A stretch of DNA of 56,520 bases from Chiloscyllium plagiosum (GCF_004010195.1 NC_057719.1:6454894-6511413); one strand, 5' to 3'; positions 36,575 to 50,685 are shown, counted from the first letter of the stretch. Notes: a model not told the origin generated them from the sequence alone. Made by a program: numbers and translations.

Positions 36575-37510
36575 ATCCTCAGGCCCCAATTATTTACAGT
36601 CTATATTAATGTTTTCAATGTGGGGATATAAAGTGCGATAGCCAACTTTGCAGATGACAATAAAATAGGTGGAAAAGTAAACTGAAATGATGAAATGAGA
36701 AATTCACTGTTGGATATTGGTTGTTTAGGTCAATGGGCCAAAATCTGGCAGATGAAGTTTAACGTGAATAAGTGAGAGATTATCCATTTTGGTTGGGGGA
36801 TTAGAAAGGCAAATAATCCAATGGACAGAAATTTCAAAGTGCTTCAGATCAGAGGGATCTCGTGCAGGAATTGCAGTAAAGTAGCATGCAGCTACAGCAG
36901 GCAATAGGAAGGCAAATGAAATTGTGACAGTTAGTGTCAAAGGAGTAGAGTATCAAACTAGGGAAATGTTGCAACTGTACAATTTTGGTCCCCTTTCTTC
37001 AGGTGGGATGTAGTTACAGTGGAGATAGTTTGGAGAAGGTTCACTAGCTGGATTCCAGCGATATTGGGGAGTTTGTTTTACGAAGAGAGATTGAGCAGTT
37101 TAATGTTATAATCTTTACAGCTGAGAAGAATGAGAGGAGATCTCATTGAGGTACATAAGGATGCGAAAGGAGATTGACAAAATAGATGCAGAGAGCATGT
37201 TTCCTCATGTGGGGTGATCTACAAAGAGGGATCACAGTTTTAAAATAATGGGTAGCAGGTTTAAAACAGGGAGGAAGAGAAATTACTTCGCTCAAAGGGT
37301 CATGAATCTCTGGAGGTCACTAGGTCCAAGCACACAGCTTGAGTAAATTTAGGGAGGAGATCAATTTTTTAATTAGTAATAGGTTGAATGTTATAGAGAG
37401 TGGGCAGGAAAGTGGAGTTGTTGCTGAGATGAGATCAGCCATGATCGTATTTAATAGTGGTACAGGCTTGAGGGTCTAATTGGCCTACTCCCGCTCCTAG
37501 TTCTTATGTA
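36575..37510 (+). mobile_element. Old CR1 RT to 3' fragment
   Basis: ANFADDNKIGG, FNVNK*EIIHFG, RGDLIEVHK, TTCTTATG tail. Confidence 0.75.
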
Positions 37511-38267
37511 AAATGTTAACTCTGTTAACTAAATGGTATTCATGCAGATGGGAGAATGGCCCATAAGTAGTTATTGTGCAGACCAACCTTGATCTCAGAA
37601 ATGGCTCCAAGGGGTTAAATGGGCTCCACCTGTCTCTCAGTACCATTGGCTTTCTTTGTACTTGGAACTCACTAACGAAAGAAATGGATCAACTTTATGT
37701 GTGTGAAACTTCACATGGACCTTTGTCCATTTAGAGACTGGCTTTTTTAAGTTAGGGAAAACTTGATTACAGGAGAGAGGGCTAAGAATATAACCTCTTC
37801 ACACTGCAGTCAAATCTAATGATGGTGTTTGACTCTACATGCTGGGAGAGTGCTTTCCGAGATCACAGCAAAATGGCTCAAGGCACACAAACTAACTCAT
37901 ACAAACTTGCAAAACCAAAAATTGCTGGAGAAACTCAGCAGGCCTTGTTGCATCTGTGGAGAGAGAAGCAGAGTTAATGTTTCAGACCCAGTGGTTCAGT
38001 CATTGGACCCAAGACGTTAACTCTACTTTCTTCCCTTAGACCTGCTGAGTTTCTGCAGCAATTTTGGTTCTTGCTTGTTTCAGATCTCTAGCATCCATAG
38101 TGCTTTGTTTTACTTTGATAGTAACTCGCATCCAATTCAAACCATTAGGGGGTGCTGGGGTAGAGTAGAATCATTTAACGTTTCTGTTCATGTTGTAGCT
38201 TTCATTAGGCTCCACCCAATCTGGTGACATTTGGATAGAGGCTGATGTGTCATCTCTGGCTCCTGGT

Positions 38268-38574
38268 AATTAGATTAGATTAGATTCCCTACAGTTTGGA
38301 AACAGGCCCACACTCGGCTCAACAAGTCCACACCGAGCCTCCAAAGAGTAACCCACCCAGGCCTATTTCCTTCTGACTAATGCAACTAACACTATGAGCA
38401 ATTTAGTTTGGCCAATTCACCTGATCTGCACATCTTTGGACTGTGGGAGGAAACCCACGCAGACACGGGGAGAATGTGCAAACTACACACAGTCAGTCGC
38501 CTGAGGCGGGAATTGAACCCGGGTCTCTGGCGCTGTGAGGCAGCAGTGCTAACCACTGTGCCACCGTGCCGCCC
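38268..38574 (-). mobile_element. HE1 SINE
   Basis: Complete head and tail; CTCCTGGT at 38260-38267 and 38580-38587 is a possible TSD. Confidence 0.88.
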
Positions 38575-38587
38575 ATATTCTCCTGGT

Positions 38588-40475
38588 TAGTTATCTAGAG
38601 CAATGATTTGGATGAGAATGTACGAGGCATGATCATTAAGTTTGTGGAAGACACTAAAATAGAAGGTATTGTGGATAGTGAGGAAGGTTCTCAGACATTG
38701 CAGCAGGACCTTGATCAGCTGGGGAACTGGGCTGAGAAATAGTAAATGGTGTTTAATATAGATATGTGTGAGGTCTTGCATTTTGGAAACTCAAATCAAG
38801 GTAGGACTTTCATGGTGAATGGTAGGGTCTTAAGGAGCGTAGTGGAACAGGTATTGTGGATAGTGAGGAAGGTTCTCAGACATTGCAGCAGGACCTTGAT
38901 CAGCTGGGGAACTGGGCTGAGAAATAGTAAATGGTGTTTAATATAGATAAGTGTGAGGTCTTGCATTTTGGAAACTCAAATCAAGGTAGGACTTTCATGG
39001 CGAATGGTAGGGTCTTAAGGAGTGTAGTGGAACAGAGGGACATTGGAGTTCAGGTGTACAGGTCTGTGAAAGTGGAGTCACAGGTAGACAGGGCAATGAA
39101 GGCAGCTTTTAGCACACTGGCCTTCATTAGTCAGGCACTGAGTATAGACACTTGGAAAGTTACGTTGCAGTTGTACAGGATGTTGATGAGGCCACACTTG
39201 AGTATTGTGTTCATTTTTGATCACCCTGCTATAGGAAGGATGTTATTAAACTGGGAAGAGTGCAGAAGAAATTTACAAGTATGTTACCAAGACTCAAGCG
39301 TCTGAGTTATAGGGAGAGGTTAGACAAGCTAAGACTTGCCTCTTTAGAGCATAGGAGACTGAGGCGGGAACTTATAGAAGTGTATAAGATCATGACAGGC
39401 ATGGAGAGGGTGAACGCACTGTCTTTTTCCCAGGGTTGGGGAATTGAGAACTAGAGGGCATCAGTTTAAGGTTAGAGGGGAAAGAATAAAAGGGAACCTG
39501 AGCAGCAAATCTTTTACACAGAGGGTGGTACGCATATGGAATGAGCTGCCAGCGGATGATGTGGGTATATTAACAACATTTAAAAGGTATTTGGATAAAT
39601 TTCTTGGATAGGACAGGATTAGAAGGATATTAGGAAGTGAGAACTGCAGATGCTGGAGATCAGAGTCAGGAGTGTGTTGCTGGAAAAGCACAGCAGGTCA
39701 GGCAGTGCTGAGGAGCAGGAGAATCAATGTTTCAGGCATAACCCCTTTATCAGGAATTAATCTTCCTTCCTGATGTGGGGCTCTTGCCCAAAATGTTGAT
39801 TCGCCCGTTCCTCGGATGCTGACTGACCTGCTGTGCTTTTCCAGCAACACACTCTCAACTTAGAAGGATATGAGCCAAGTGCAGGTGAATGGGGTTAGCG
39901 TAGGCAGACATTTTGGTCGGCATGGACCAGTTTGGGCCAAAGGGCCTGTCTCCATGCTGTAGCACTGTATTGGAAGGATGTTGTGAAACTTGAAAGGGTT
40001 CAGAAAAGATTTACAAGGCTGTTGGCAGGGTTGCTAGGTTTGAGCTATAGGGAGAGTCTGAACAGGCTGGGGCTGTTTTCCCTGGAGCGTCAGAGGCTGC
40101 GGGTGAGAGGTTTATAAAATCATGAGGGGCATAGATAGGGTAAATAGATAAGGTCTCTACCCTGGGGTGGGGGAATCCAGAACTAGAGGGCATAGGTTTA
40201 GGGTGAGAGGGGAAAGATATAAAAGAGACCTAAGGAGCAACTTTTTCACGCAGAGGGTGGTGCGTGTATGGAATGTGCTGCCAGAGGATGTGGTGGAGGC
40301 TGGTACAATTGCAACATTTAAAAGGCATCTGGATGGGTATATGAATAGGAAGGGTTTAGAGAGATATGGGCCAAGTCCTGGCAAATGGGACGAGATTAGT
40401 TTGGAATATCTGGTCAGTTTATGGACAGGTTCGACTGAAGGGTCTGTATCTGTGCTGTACACTTCTATGACTCTA
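38588..40475 (+). mobile_element. Two CR1 fragments (the first carries a 185-bp tandem duplication and a nested element)
   Basis: FNIDKCEVLHFG, VESQVDR; second copy from ~39962 with CTATGACTCT tail. Confidence 0.85.
39631..39859. mobile_element. Palindromic Penelope-derived element nested in CR1
   Basis: 12-bp direct repeat TTAGAAGGATAT at 39619-39630 and 39860-39871; degenerate hammerhead cores in both arms. Confidence 0.8.
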
Positions 40476-40577
40476 ATTGCCCTGGAATTAAGTGGCTTGC
40501 TAGGCGATTTCAGAAAGCAGTTAAGAGTCAGCACATTGCTGGGGGTTACCTAGTCATTTTTCATAAATCAGGAGATT

Positions 40578-40910
40578 TATAGAATCATAGAAGCCCTACA
40601 GTGAGTAAGCAGGCCATTCGGCCTGTTGAGTCTACACCCACCCTCCAAAGAAGCATTCCACCCAGATCGATTCCCACCCCATCTCCGCAATCCCGAATTT
40701 CCTATGGCTAACCCACCCAGCCTGCACCTCCCTGGACACTACAGGCAATTTAGCATGGCCAATCTGTCTAACCTGCACATCTTTGGACTGTGGGAGAAAA
40801 ACAGAGCACCCGCAGGAAATTCACACAGATAGTCACCCTTGGCTGGAATTGAATCTGGATCCCTGGTGCTGGGAGGCAGCCGTGCTAACCACTGAACCAC
40901 TGTGCTATCC
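40578..40910 (-). mobile_element. HE1 SINE
   Basis: Head, partial V-domain and tail on -. Confidence 0.8.
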
Positions 40911-41299
40911 CAGCCCCGAGGACATGAGGGAATCAGATGGGATTTTATGTAAATCAATGACAGTTTCACAGCCACCGTTCACGTGAGACAAGCTTTCAAC
41001 TGAATTTAATCCCAGTTCAGCCATGTTGGAGTTTGAACCCCTGTTCACCTAAGTGTTCAACTCAGGGACATTACCATCATGTGCCATCTCTCCTTAAACA
41101 GAGCAAGGAAGCAAATTAAGCATAGATTTTGCTCGGTTATCAAAAGGTGATTGCGCAGATAAGAATATTAGGAAGGGACACAGGATTTTTAAAAAATCTA
41201 CAGCTAGGTATTTCAGAAACCAATAAATAATGTGGATTTTAACCAGATGGCAGATTGTAGCTGGAGAGTATCATGGTAAGGTTACAAAGATAATGATGA

Positions 41300-42280
41300 A
41301 ATGTGCAGCGTAAGGTGCTGGGTCCACTGCTTTTTGTCATTTTTATAAATGATTTGGATGTGAACAGAAGAGGTATAGTTAGTAAGTTTGCAGATGACAC
41401 CAAAATTGGAGGTGTAGTGGACAGCGAAGAAGGTTACCTCAGATTACAACAGGATCTGGACCAGATGGGCCAATGGGCTGAGAAGTGGCAGATGGAGTTT
41501 AATTCAGATAAACGTGAGGTGCTGCAATTTTGGGAAAGCAAATTAAGGCAGGGCTTCTAAACCTAATGGTAAGGTCCTGGGGAGTGTTGCTGAACAAAGA
41601 GACCTTGGAGTGCAGGTTCATAGCTCCTTGAAAGTGGAGTCTCAGGTAGATTGGATAGTGAAAGCAGGTGTTTGTTATGCTTTCCTTTACTGGTCAGAGT
41701 ATTGAGTACAGGAGTTGGGAGGTCATGTTGCGGCTGTACAGGACATTGGTTAGGCCACTGTTGGAATATTGTGTTCAATTCTGGTCTCGTTCCTATTGGA
41801 AGGATGTTGTGAAACATGAAAGAGTTCAAAAGAATTTACAAGGATGTTGCCAAGGTTGGAGGGTTTGAGCTACAGGGAGAGGCTGGATAGGCTGGGGTTG
41901 TTTTCCCTGGAGATTCAGTGGTTGAGGGGTGACCTTATCGAGGTTTACGAAATCATGAGGAGCATGGATTGGATAAATAGACAAGGTCTATTCACTGGGT
42001 TGAGGGAGTCCCGAACTAGAGGCAGAGATTTAGCATGAGAGGGGAAAAATTTAAAAGGGACCAAAGGGACAACTTTTTCAAGCAGAGAGTGGTGCGTGTG
42101 TAGAATGAGCTGCCAGAGGAAGTGGTGGAGGCTGGTACAATTACTGCATTTAAAAGTCATCTGGATGGGCATATGAATAGGAAGGATTCAGAGGGATATG
42201 GGCCAAGTGCTGACAAATGGGACAAGATTAGGTTAGGATATCTGGTCGGCATGGATGAGTTGGTCCAAAGGGTCTGTTTC
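41300..42280 (+). mobile_element. CR1 RT to 3' fragment
   Basis: [15 protein letters not shown]...KFADDTKIGG, through to the tail. Confidence 0.9.
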
Positions 42281-42864
42281 CCTTGTCACTAAATTCTTTA
42301 AGGTGGTACCAGGGTTAATGCTTATGATGGCAAAGTTGAGAAGTTGAGGCTTTTAACCAGGAAGCCTGAGAACATTTAAAAGGAAACTTGACTGAGGATA
42401 TCAAGATAAGGAAAGCTACCAATCAAGGCTGATACCTACAGAAAAATACCGATAGGAGACAGAGGTTTAAAGGGATGTTGGATAAACTCTTCACATGAAC
42501 ACATTGCCATGCAGACGTCTTTACTTGAGAACATGCAGAAAAGCATCTGGCCATTTGGCCCTCTGAATGGGCTATCCTGCTACGTTTCTCACTAAACCTC
42601 ACTTTCCTCACTATCCCCCTGTCCCTTGATTCCTTTCACATCCAAAAATCTATTCATCCAATGTGCTCAATTTGCTAGTCTCAACAGCTCCTGTGGTGGA
42701 GCATTCCAAAGATTCGTAACTCTCAGTGTGAAGAAATCCCTCCTTATCTCAGTCCTAAACGACCAACTCTTTATTCTGAGGCTGTGTTGCTGTGTCCTAT
42801 ATTTCCCAAACAGGAGACACATCCTTCCAGCGTCTCCCTTGTCAAGCTCCTGAGGGAAAAAAAA

Positions 42865-44655
42865 TCTGATTCAGTATATGGATGTACCTACTAGAGAAGG
42901 AGCGAAACTTGACCTACTCTTGGGAAATAAGGCAGGGCAGGTGTCTGAGGTGTGAGTGGGGGAGAGTATAGCCCCTCAAAGATCAGCAAGGTAGCCTTTG
43001 TGTGGAGCCGTAAGAGATGGGGGAGGTACTAAATGAGTATTTTGCATCAGGGTTTACTGTCAAAAAGGAAATGGAAGGTATAGAATGTAGGGAAATAGAT
43101 GGTAATATCTTGAAAAATGTCCATATTACAGAGGAGGAAGTGCTGGAAGGCTTGAAACGCATGAAAGTGGATAAATCCCCAGGACCTGATCAGGTGTACT
43201 CTAGAACTGTGTGGGAAGCTAGAGAAGTGATTGCTGGGCCTCTTGCTGAGATATTTATATCATCGATAGTCACAGGTGTGGTGCTGGAAGACTGGAGGTT
43301 GGCAAACGTGGTGCCACTGTTTAAGAAGGGCAGTAAAGTCAAGCCAGGGAACTATAGACCAGTGAGCCTGACCTCGGTGGTGGGCAAGTTGTTGGAGGGA
43401 ATCCTGAGGGACAAGATGTACATGTATTTGGAAAGGCAAGGACTGATTAGGGATAGTTCACATGGCTTTGTGCATGGGATATCATGCCTCACAAACTTGA
43501 TTGAGTTTCTTGAAGAAGTAACAAAGAAGATTGATGAGGGCAGAGCAGTAGATGTGATCTATATGGACTTCAGTAAGACGTTTGACAAGGTTCCCCCAGG
43601 GAGTCTGGTGAGCAAGGTTAGATCTCATGGAATACAGGGAGAACTAGCCATTTGGATACAGAACTTGCTCAAAGGTAGAAGACAGAGGGTGGTGGTGGAG
43701 GGTTGTTTTTCAGACTGGAAGCCTGTGACCAGTGGTGTGCCACAAGGGTCAATGCTGAGTCCACTACTTTTCGTCATTTATATAAATAATTTGGATGTGG
43801 GCTTAAGACGTATAGATAGTAAGTTTGCAGATGACCCCAAAATTGGAGGTGTAGTCAACAGCAAAGAGGGTTACCTTAGATTACAACAGGATTTTGACCA
43901 GATGGGCTAATGGGCTGAGGAGGGGCAGATGGAGATTAATTTAGATAAATTCGAGGTGCTGCACTTTGGAAAAGCAAATCTTAGCAGCACTTATACACTT
44001 AATGGTAAGGTCCTAGGGAGTGTTGCTGAAAAAATACACCTCGGAGTGCAGGTTCTTAGCTCCTTGAAAGAAGAATCTCAGGTAGATAGGATAGTGAAGA
44101 AGGCATTTGGTATTGAATACAGGAGTTGGGAGGTCACGTTGCGGTTGTACAGGACATTGGTTGGGCCATTTTTGGAATATTATGTGCAATTCTGGTCTCC
44201 TTCCTATCGGAAAGATGTTGTGAAACGTGAAAGGTTTCAGAAAAGATTTACAAGGATGTTGCCAGGGTTGGAGGATTTGAGCTATAGGGAGAGGTTGGAT
44301 CGGCTTGGGCTGTTTGCCCTGGAGCATCAGAGGCTGAGGGGTGACCTTATAGAGGTTTATAAATGCGGAGGGTTATGGATAGGGTAAATAGACAAGGTAT
44401 TTTCCGTGGGGTGGAGCAGTCCAGAACTCGAGGGCATAGGTTTAGGGTGAGAGGGGAAAGATATAAGAGACCTAGGGGGGGCAATGTTTTCATGCAGAGG
44501 GTGGTGCACGTGTAGAATGAGCTGCCAGAGGATGTGGTGGAGACTGGTACAATTGCAACATTTAAAATGCATCTGGATGGGTATATGTACAGGAAAGTTT
44601 TGGAGGGATATGGGCTAGGTGCTGGCAAATGGGACTAGATTGGGTTAGGATATCT
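42865..44655 (+). mobile_element. CR1 LINE ORF2 (RT) fragment
   Basis: 297-aa open frame at 43017-43910 with KSPGPD, NYRPVSLTS, MDFSKTFDKV, GVPQGS, FADD; then stops and frameshifts. Confidence 0.92.
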
Positions 44656-44664
44656 GGTTAGGAT

Positions 44665-45755
44665 ACAGTTCAGCCTTCAACACTATTTTCCCCACGAGAC
44701 TGATTTCTAAATTTAGTGATCTCGGATGAAGCCCCACTCTCTGCAACTGGACCTTCAATTTCCTGACCCATAAACCACAATCAGTGAAGATTGGTAACAA
44801 TATTTCATCCTCACTAACACTCAACACTGGAGCCCCCCAGAAGTGCATACTCAGCCCTCTACTGTACTCACTGTATACCCATGACTGTGGCGCCAAATAC
44901 CAGACTAATGCCATTTACAAGTTCGCTGATGACACCACCATAGTTGGTTGAATCTCAGATGGCGACGAAACAGACTACTGACAGGAGGTGGAAGACCTGG
45001 GAAAATGGTGCACTGAGAACAACCTAGCTCTCAATGCCGGCAAAACCAAGGGACTCATTACTGACTTTCAGCGGGATGTTACTCATACCCCCCTACACAT
45101 TAACAGCACAGAGGTGGAATGAGTGGAGAGTGTCAAGCTCCTGGGAGTGGTCATCCACAACAAGCTTTCTTGGACTCTTCATATGGTCACACTGGTTACA
45201 AAGGTCCAACAATGTCTCTTCTTCCTCAGGCAGCTGAGGAAATTTGGCATGACGGTGAATACCCTTGCCAACTTTTAGAGGTGCGCCATTGTGAACATTC
45301 TGTCTGGATGTATCACTACCTGGCGTGGCAACTGTACCATTCAAGATCGGAGACGGTTACAGAGAGTGGTGAACTCGGCCCGCACAATCACAAAGGCCAA
45401 CCTCCCATCTATGGAATCCATCTACCAGGCCCACTCTCAAGGAAAAACCGCCAGCATTCTCAAAGATCCATCCCACCCTGGCAATTTTTTTATCCAACCT
45501 CTACCATCGGGGAGAAGGTACAGAAGCCTGAACACACGCACCAGCCGGTTTTGTAACAGTTTCTACCCTACTGTTGTTAGAATACTGAATGTTCTCTCAA
45601 ACTCTTAACATTCGCTTGTACCTGTGTTTTTGTTTTTGCTGCTGTTTACCTATTATTTATTTATTTATGCTACTTAACTCTGTGATCAGCCTGTATTGCT
45701 CATAAGACAAAGATTTTCACTGTGCCTCGATGACAATAAATTCAATTCAACTCAA
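44665..45755 (+). mobile_element. 5'-truncated Rex1/Babar-type LINE inserted in a CR1 3' UTR
   Basis: [63 protein letters not shown] plus (TTCAA)n tail; the CR1 tail resumes at 45756. Confidence 0.85.
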
Positions 45756-47534
45756 TGGTCGGCATGAATGAGTTGGACCAAAGGATCTGTACATCCCTAT
45801 GATTCTATAATTGTAGATTTTGAAACTAGACCACCTCTCACTCCTTCTGAACTCCAGAGAACGGAGGTTTAGATTCCTCAATTTCTCATTTCAGGAACCC
45901 CATGTCTGACTCCCTCAAGTATATCCTTCTCACGGTCAGGAGACCACCACTCTAAACAATACTCTAGGTTGAAGTAGGATCTACAGGATCTTGGAAAAAA
46001 ACCACAAATATCAAACATTGGTCTCCACACAGAAGAATGGTAAACACCTGCAGAAACAGGCCATTCAGCCTAATAGTCAGTGCTTGTTCTCTTAGTATAC
46101 TCTTCAATGAACCTACGACACCAGGGGGCTTATGTGGAGATAGACACATGTGTGATCTTGAAGGGCAGAGTGGCTGCTGCAACTACCCATGATGGGAGAA
46201 AGCTGGGCCCTTTAGGAGAGAAGTTAGGAATCATTTATAAGTCACAGAGTCACAATCACAACAATTTCTATAGCGGAGAAAAGAATGCTGGCTTGTTGCT
46301 AAGTTGACTGTGATTGGCAGAAGCACTGCCATGAAAAAAACAAGAAGGTCTTATCAGCTCCTCAAACTCACGAGTAATTAAAAAGAACAGTTTAAATGTC
46401 TTGAATATGTTGATGAAATCATCCGTCAGCCTACTTATGTTCAGATAGCAATTTTTACCACCTGTTGACATTCCAAAGTGCTTTAAAGTCAATAAAGTAA
46501 ATTTGATTTGTTGTCACTGTTGTAATGTAGGAAATGCAGCTGCTAATTTCACAGAACAAGCTCCCACAAGTAGCAATGTGGTAATGACCATAGAATCATA
46601 GAGATTGAGTCATCTTGCACGGAAACAGACCCTTTGGTTCAACTGGTCTGCACCGACCTGTCATCCCAATCTGACCTAATCCCATTTGCCAGCACTTGAC
46701 CCATATCCCTCTAAACCTCTCCTATTCATATACCCATCCAGATGCCTTTCTTTCAACATAGAATGGAATCTCACCCAGAAATAGTAATTTATGTCAACTT
46801 CATTAATAAGCTTTAATTGGAGATTGATCAATTAGTAGGAGGTATGGAGCCAAGGCAGATGGTTGGAGTCAGTATCCTAATTAAATAAAGTTTCTTTATT
46901 CTTTCTCCATAAGATGTTGGTGGCACTGGTATTAACTAGGACTTGCTGCCTATTCTTACCTTCCCTTGAGTGGTTTGCTTGTCCCCATTTCAGAGAGTAA
47001 TTAAAGGTTAACCACATTAGTCTGAAATCGCAGGCAAGCCCGACCAGGTGAGCTGATTACCCCCCCTCAAGGACATCAGTGAACCAGGTGAGTTTACCAA
47101 CAATCAAAGTTGCTACAGAGACTAGCTTTATACTGCAATTTTTTCTTGGAGACTTGTCCAATTTAAGTTTGTTATAGTGAGATTTTAACCCACACCCCCC
47201 ACAGCATTAGCCCAGGAAGTCTAGATTACGAGACCATTACCACTGCACCACCATCACCTCTTGCTTAGACTACTTTTAGAGTTGGAGAAAATATAGAAAG
47301 GGATAAATGGTCTAATCGTGTTCCTATATAAACGCCTATAACCAGCAATATGGCATCCTTCCTCTATGTCTACGTTGTGAGACCAATGAACTTTCCAAAA
47401 TAGTACACCATTACTATTTAGGATGGGTATGATTGCATTGGAGGTAGGGCAGAAGATGAGTACAAGAATGGTTCCAGGGATGGAACCTTCAATTATAAGG
47501 GTAGGCTAGAGACATCGGGACTGTTTCACTTAGA

Positions 47535-48585
47535 GTACAGCATAGAAACATATCTTTCAGTTCAACTTGTCTGTGCCGACCAGATATCCTAAAGTAATCT
47601 AGTCTCATTTGCCAGCACTTGGCCCATATCCCTCCAAACCCTTCCTATTCATATACCCATCCAGATGCCTTTTAAATGTTGCAATTGTACCAGCCTCCAC
47701 CACTTCCTCTGGCAGCTCATTATATACATGCACCACCTTCTGCGTGAAACAGTTGCCCCTTAGGTACCTTTTATATCTTTCCCCTCTCACCCTAAACTTA
47801 TGCCCTCTAGTTCTGGACCGCCTCCCCCTCCAACCGCAGGGAAAAGACTTTGTCTATTTATACTATCCTTGCCCCTCATGATTTTATAAACCTCTATAAG
47901 GTCACCTCTCAGCCTCCAACGCTCCAGGGAAAACTGCCCTAGAGTATTCAACCTCTCCCTATAGCTCAAATCCTTCAACCCTGGCAACATCCTTGTAAAC
48001 CTTCTCTGAGCCCTTTCAAGTTTCACAACATCATTCTGACAGGAAGGAGACCAGAATTGCACGCAATATTCCAAAAGTGGTCTAACCAATGTCCGGTACA
48101 GCCGCAACATGACCTCCCACACCTGTACTCAATATTCTGACCAAAAATGAAAGCATACCAAACGCCTTCTTCACTATCCTATCTACCTGCGATTCCACTT
48201 TCAAGGAGCTATGAACCTGCACTCCAAGGTCTCTTTGTTCAGCAACACTCCCCAGGACCTTCCCATTAAGTGTATAAGTCCTGCTAAGATTTGCTTTCCC
48301 AAAATGCAGCACCTCACGTTTATCTGAATTAAACTCCATCTGCCACTTCTCAGCCTACTGGCCCATCTGATCAAGATCCCGTTGTCATCTGAGGTAACCT
48401 TCTTTGCTGTCCACTACACCTCCAATTTTGGTGTCATCTGCAAACTTACTAACTGTACCTTTTATGCTCGCATCCAAATCATTAAATTAATGACGAAAAG
48501 TAGAGGACCCAGCACCGATCCTTGTGGCGCTCCACTGGTCACAGGCCTCCAGTCTGAAAAACAACCCTCCATCACCACCCTCTGT
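47535..48585 (-). mobile_element. CR1 RT to 3' fragment
   Basis: ORFs 47605-48339 encode the CR1 C-terminal motifs. Confidence 0.9.
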
Positions 48586-48589
48586 TACG

Positions 48590-48970
48590 TGGAGCGGAGA
48601 AGGCTAAGAGGAGATTTGAGAGAAGTTTTCCATATCATGAGGGGCCTGGAGGGAATAGCTAGGGAGAAACTGTTCCCACTTGTAAATGAGTGAAGAACCA
48701 ATGGGCACTGATTTAAAATAATTTCCAAAATAAGCAGATGCGAGGTGAGATAAACGTTATCACATGACAAGCGATTCAGGTCTGGAATGTGCTGTCTGGA
48801 ATTGAAGAGGCAAGTTCATTTAATGCATTCAGAAGGGAATTAGACGTTTATTTCAATAGAGAAATATAGAAAGGGCAGGAGAGTGGCACTCGGCATGACC
48901 TCACTCAGAGAGATGGTGTACACAACGGGCCAAATGGCCTCCTTCCGCACCACAATTATTCTGTGATTCC
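48590..48970 (+). mobile_element. Old CR1 3' fragment
   Basis: ERRRLRGDLREVFHIMRGL... Confidence 0.7.
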
Positions 48971-49344
48971 ATGAAGAGGGAATTATTGCAAAAAGATGTT
49001 CTGGCTTTATTCAAGATTCAAGCGCCCTTTACTTCAAAAGAGAGACAGTCTTAGTTATTTCTGAATTACAATTTAATTACTTTAAATGAGAATACTTGCA
49101 TTTTGCAAAACAATTTAATTGGCAACAACTTGTTTCTCCTCCTGAAATAAACTGGATGAAGCGGGTGCTGCATTTAATTTAATCAGACATCATCTATAGG
49201 GTGTTACATTTGTCAGTTCTAGCTCAGAAGACTGCAAATTTGAATTATGCAGCTATGGGTTCAAATACCAGCCCACCCCCTCATGGTTCAAGTAATCACG
49301 CCTGACTTCTCAGTGTAGTACTGAGATGTGCTGCCTTTCAGCTA

Positions 49345-49632
49345 AGATCACAGAACCCCTAAAGTGTGGAAACTGGCCATTCGGCCCATCAAGTCCACAC
49401 CGGCCCTCTGAATAGCATCCCACCCAGGCCCTCATCCAATCCCTGTAACCCTGCATGTCCCACAGCCAATCCATCCTAAAATCTTTGGATTGTGGGAGGA
49501 AACTGGAGCAGCCAGAGGAAACCCACACAAACACAGGGAGAATGTGCAAACTCCACACAGACAGTCACCCGAGGTGGGAATCGAACCCGGGTCCCTTGCG
49601 CTGTGAGGCAGCAGTGCTAACCACTGAGCCAA
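49345..49632 (-). mobile_element. HE1 SINE
   Basis: Head and V-domain on -. Confidence 0.85.
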
Positions 49633-50214
49633 GATGTTAGAAATGCCTTCTGCTTGCTTGGGTAGATGGAAATGATCATGAAGCAGTATGATCAACATCG
49701 CCAAATATATATTGTTTTGTCATTGTCACATTCTTGTGAGTGGGGGTATACTGGGAGCAAATTGGCTATTGCATTTCCTCCATTACTTCAGGGACTGCAT
49801 CTTGTTAACTGTACAGTCCTCTGAGATGCTCAGCTGTTATTGAAAGGTGCTGCATTAATGCAATTGTTTCTTTTTGTTTTTCTCATACAACACAAGGTAG
49901 GACATGAAATACATTCCCAACATTCAATGCGAAATGATGATATCGTTATCTTCACTTGTGACAGATTACAACCAAAACATTCAAAATACTGTGAGTAAAA
50001 TTTAAAGTCACCACAGCCCTAATCTCTCATTAGAGAGAGACAAATGGTGGTGGTTTAAACTATAGGTCACCACATGTCAGGCAGGGAAGAGGTCTTCATG
50101 GTAACCTCAGCCAGTGTGGGAATTGAATCCACGATGTTAGCATCACAGACTAAATGTCCAGCCAAATTAGATATTTTTCTATTCATTCCTTCAGTAGAAA
50201 TTCCATCTTTTCTC

Positions 50215-50685
50215 AGCCTGGTTGCCCTGCTTTAGGAAGGATGTTATTAAAGTGGAAATGGTGCAAAAAAGATTTACATGAATGTTACTGAGACTGGGCT
50301 GTTTGAGTTATAAGCAGAGGCTGAATAGGCTGGGACTTTTCCCTGGAGCTAGGAGACTGGATGGTGACCTTACAGAGGTTTCTAAAATCATCAGGGGTGT
50401 GGATTGGATGAATAGCTGAAGACTTTTCCCCAGGAAAGGGGAGTCCAAGGTGGTTTAAGGTGAGGGTAGTGCTTTTACAGAATGAGCCGTCAGAGGAAGT
50501 GGTAGAGGTGGGTACAATTACATTATTTAAAAAACATTTGGACAGATCCATGGATAGAAAAGGTTTAGAAGGATATGGGTGAAGCAATGGCAAATGGGAC
50601 GAGTTCAATTTAGGAAACCAGGTCAGCATGGATGAATTGGGCTGAAGGGCCTGTTTCCATGCTGTATGACTCTAGGACTCTAAGC
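50215..50685 (+). mobile_element. CR1 3' fragment
   Basis: RLNRLGLF, EEVVEVGTI, tail TATGACTCT. Confidence 0.8.

Noticed and set aside
43017..43910. 297-aa ORF as a host or domesticated gene
   Set aside because: Ordinary CR1 RT fragment flanked by stops and frameshifts.
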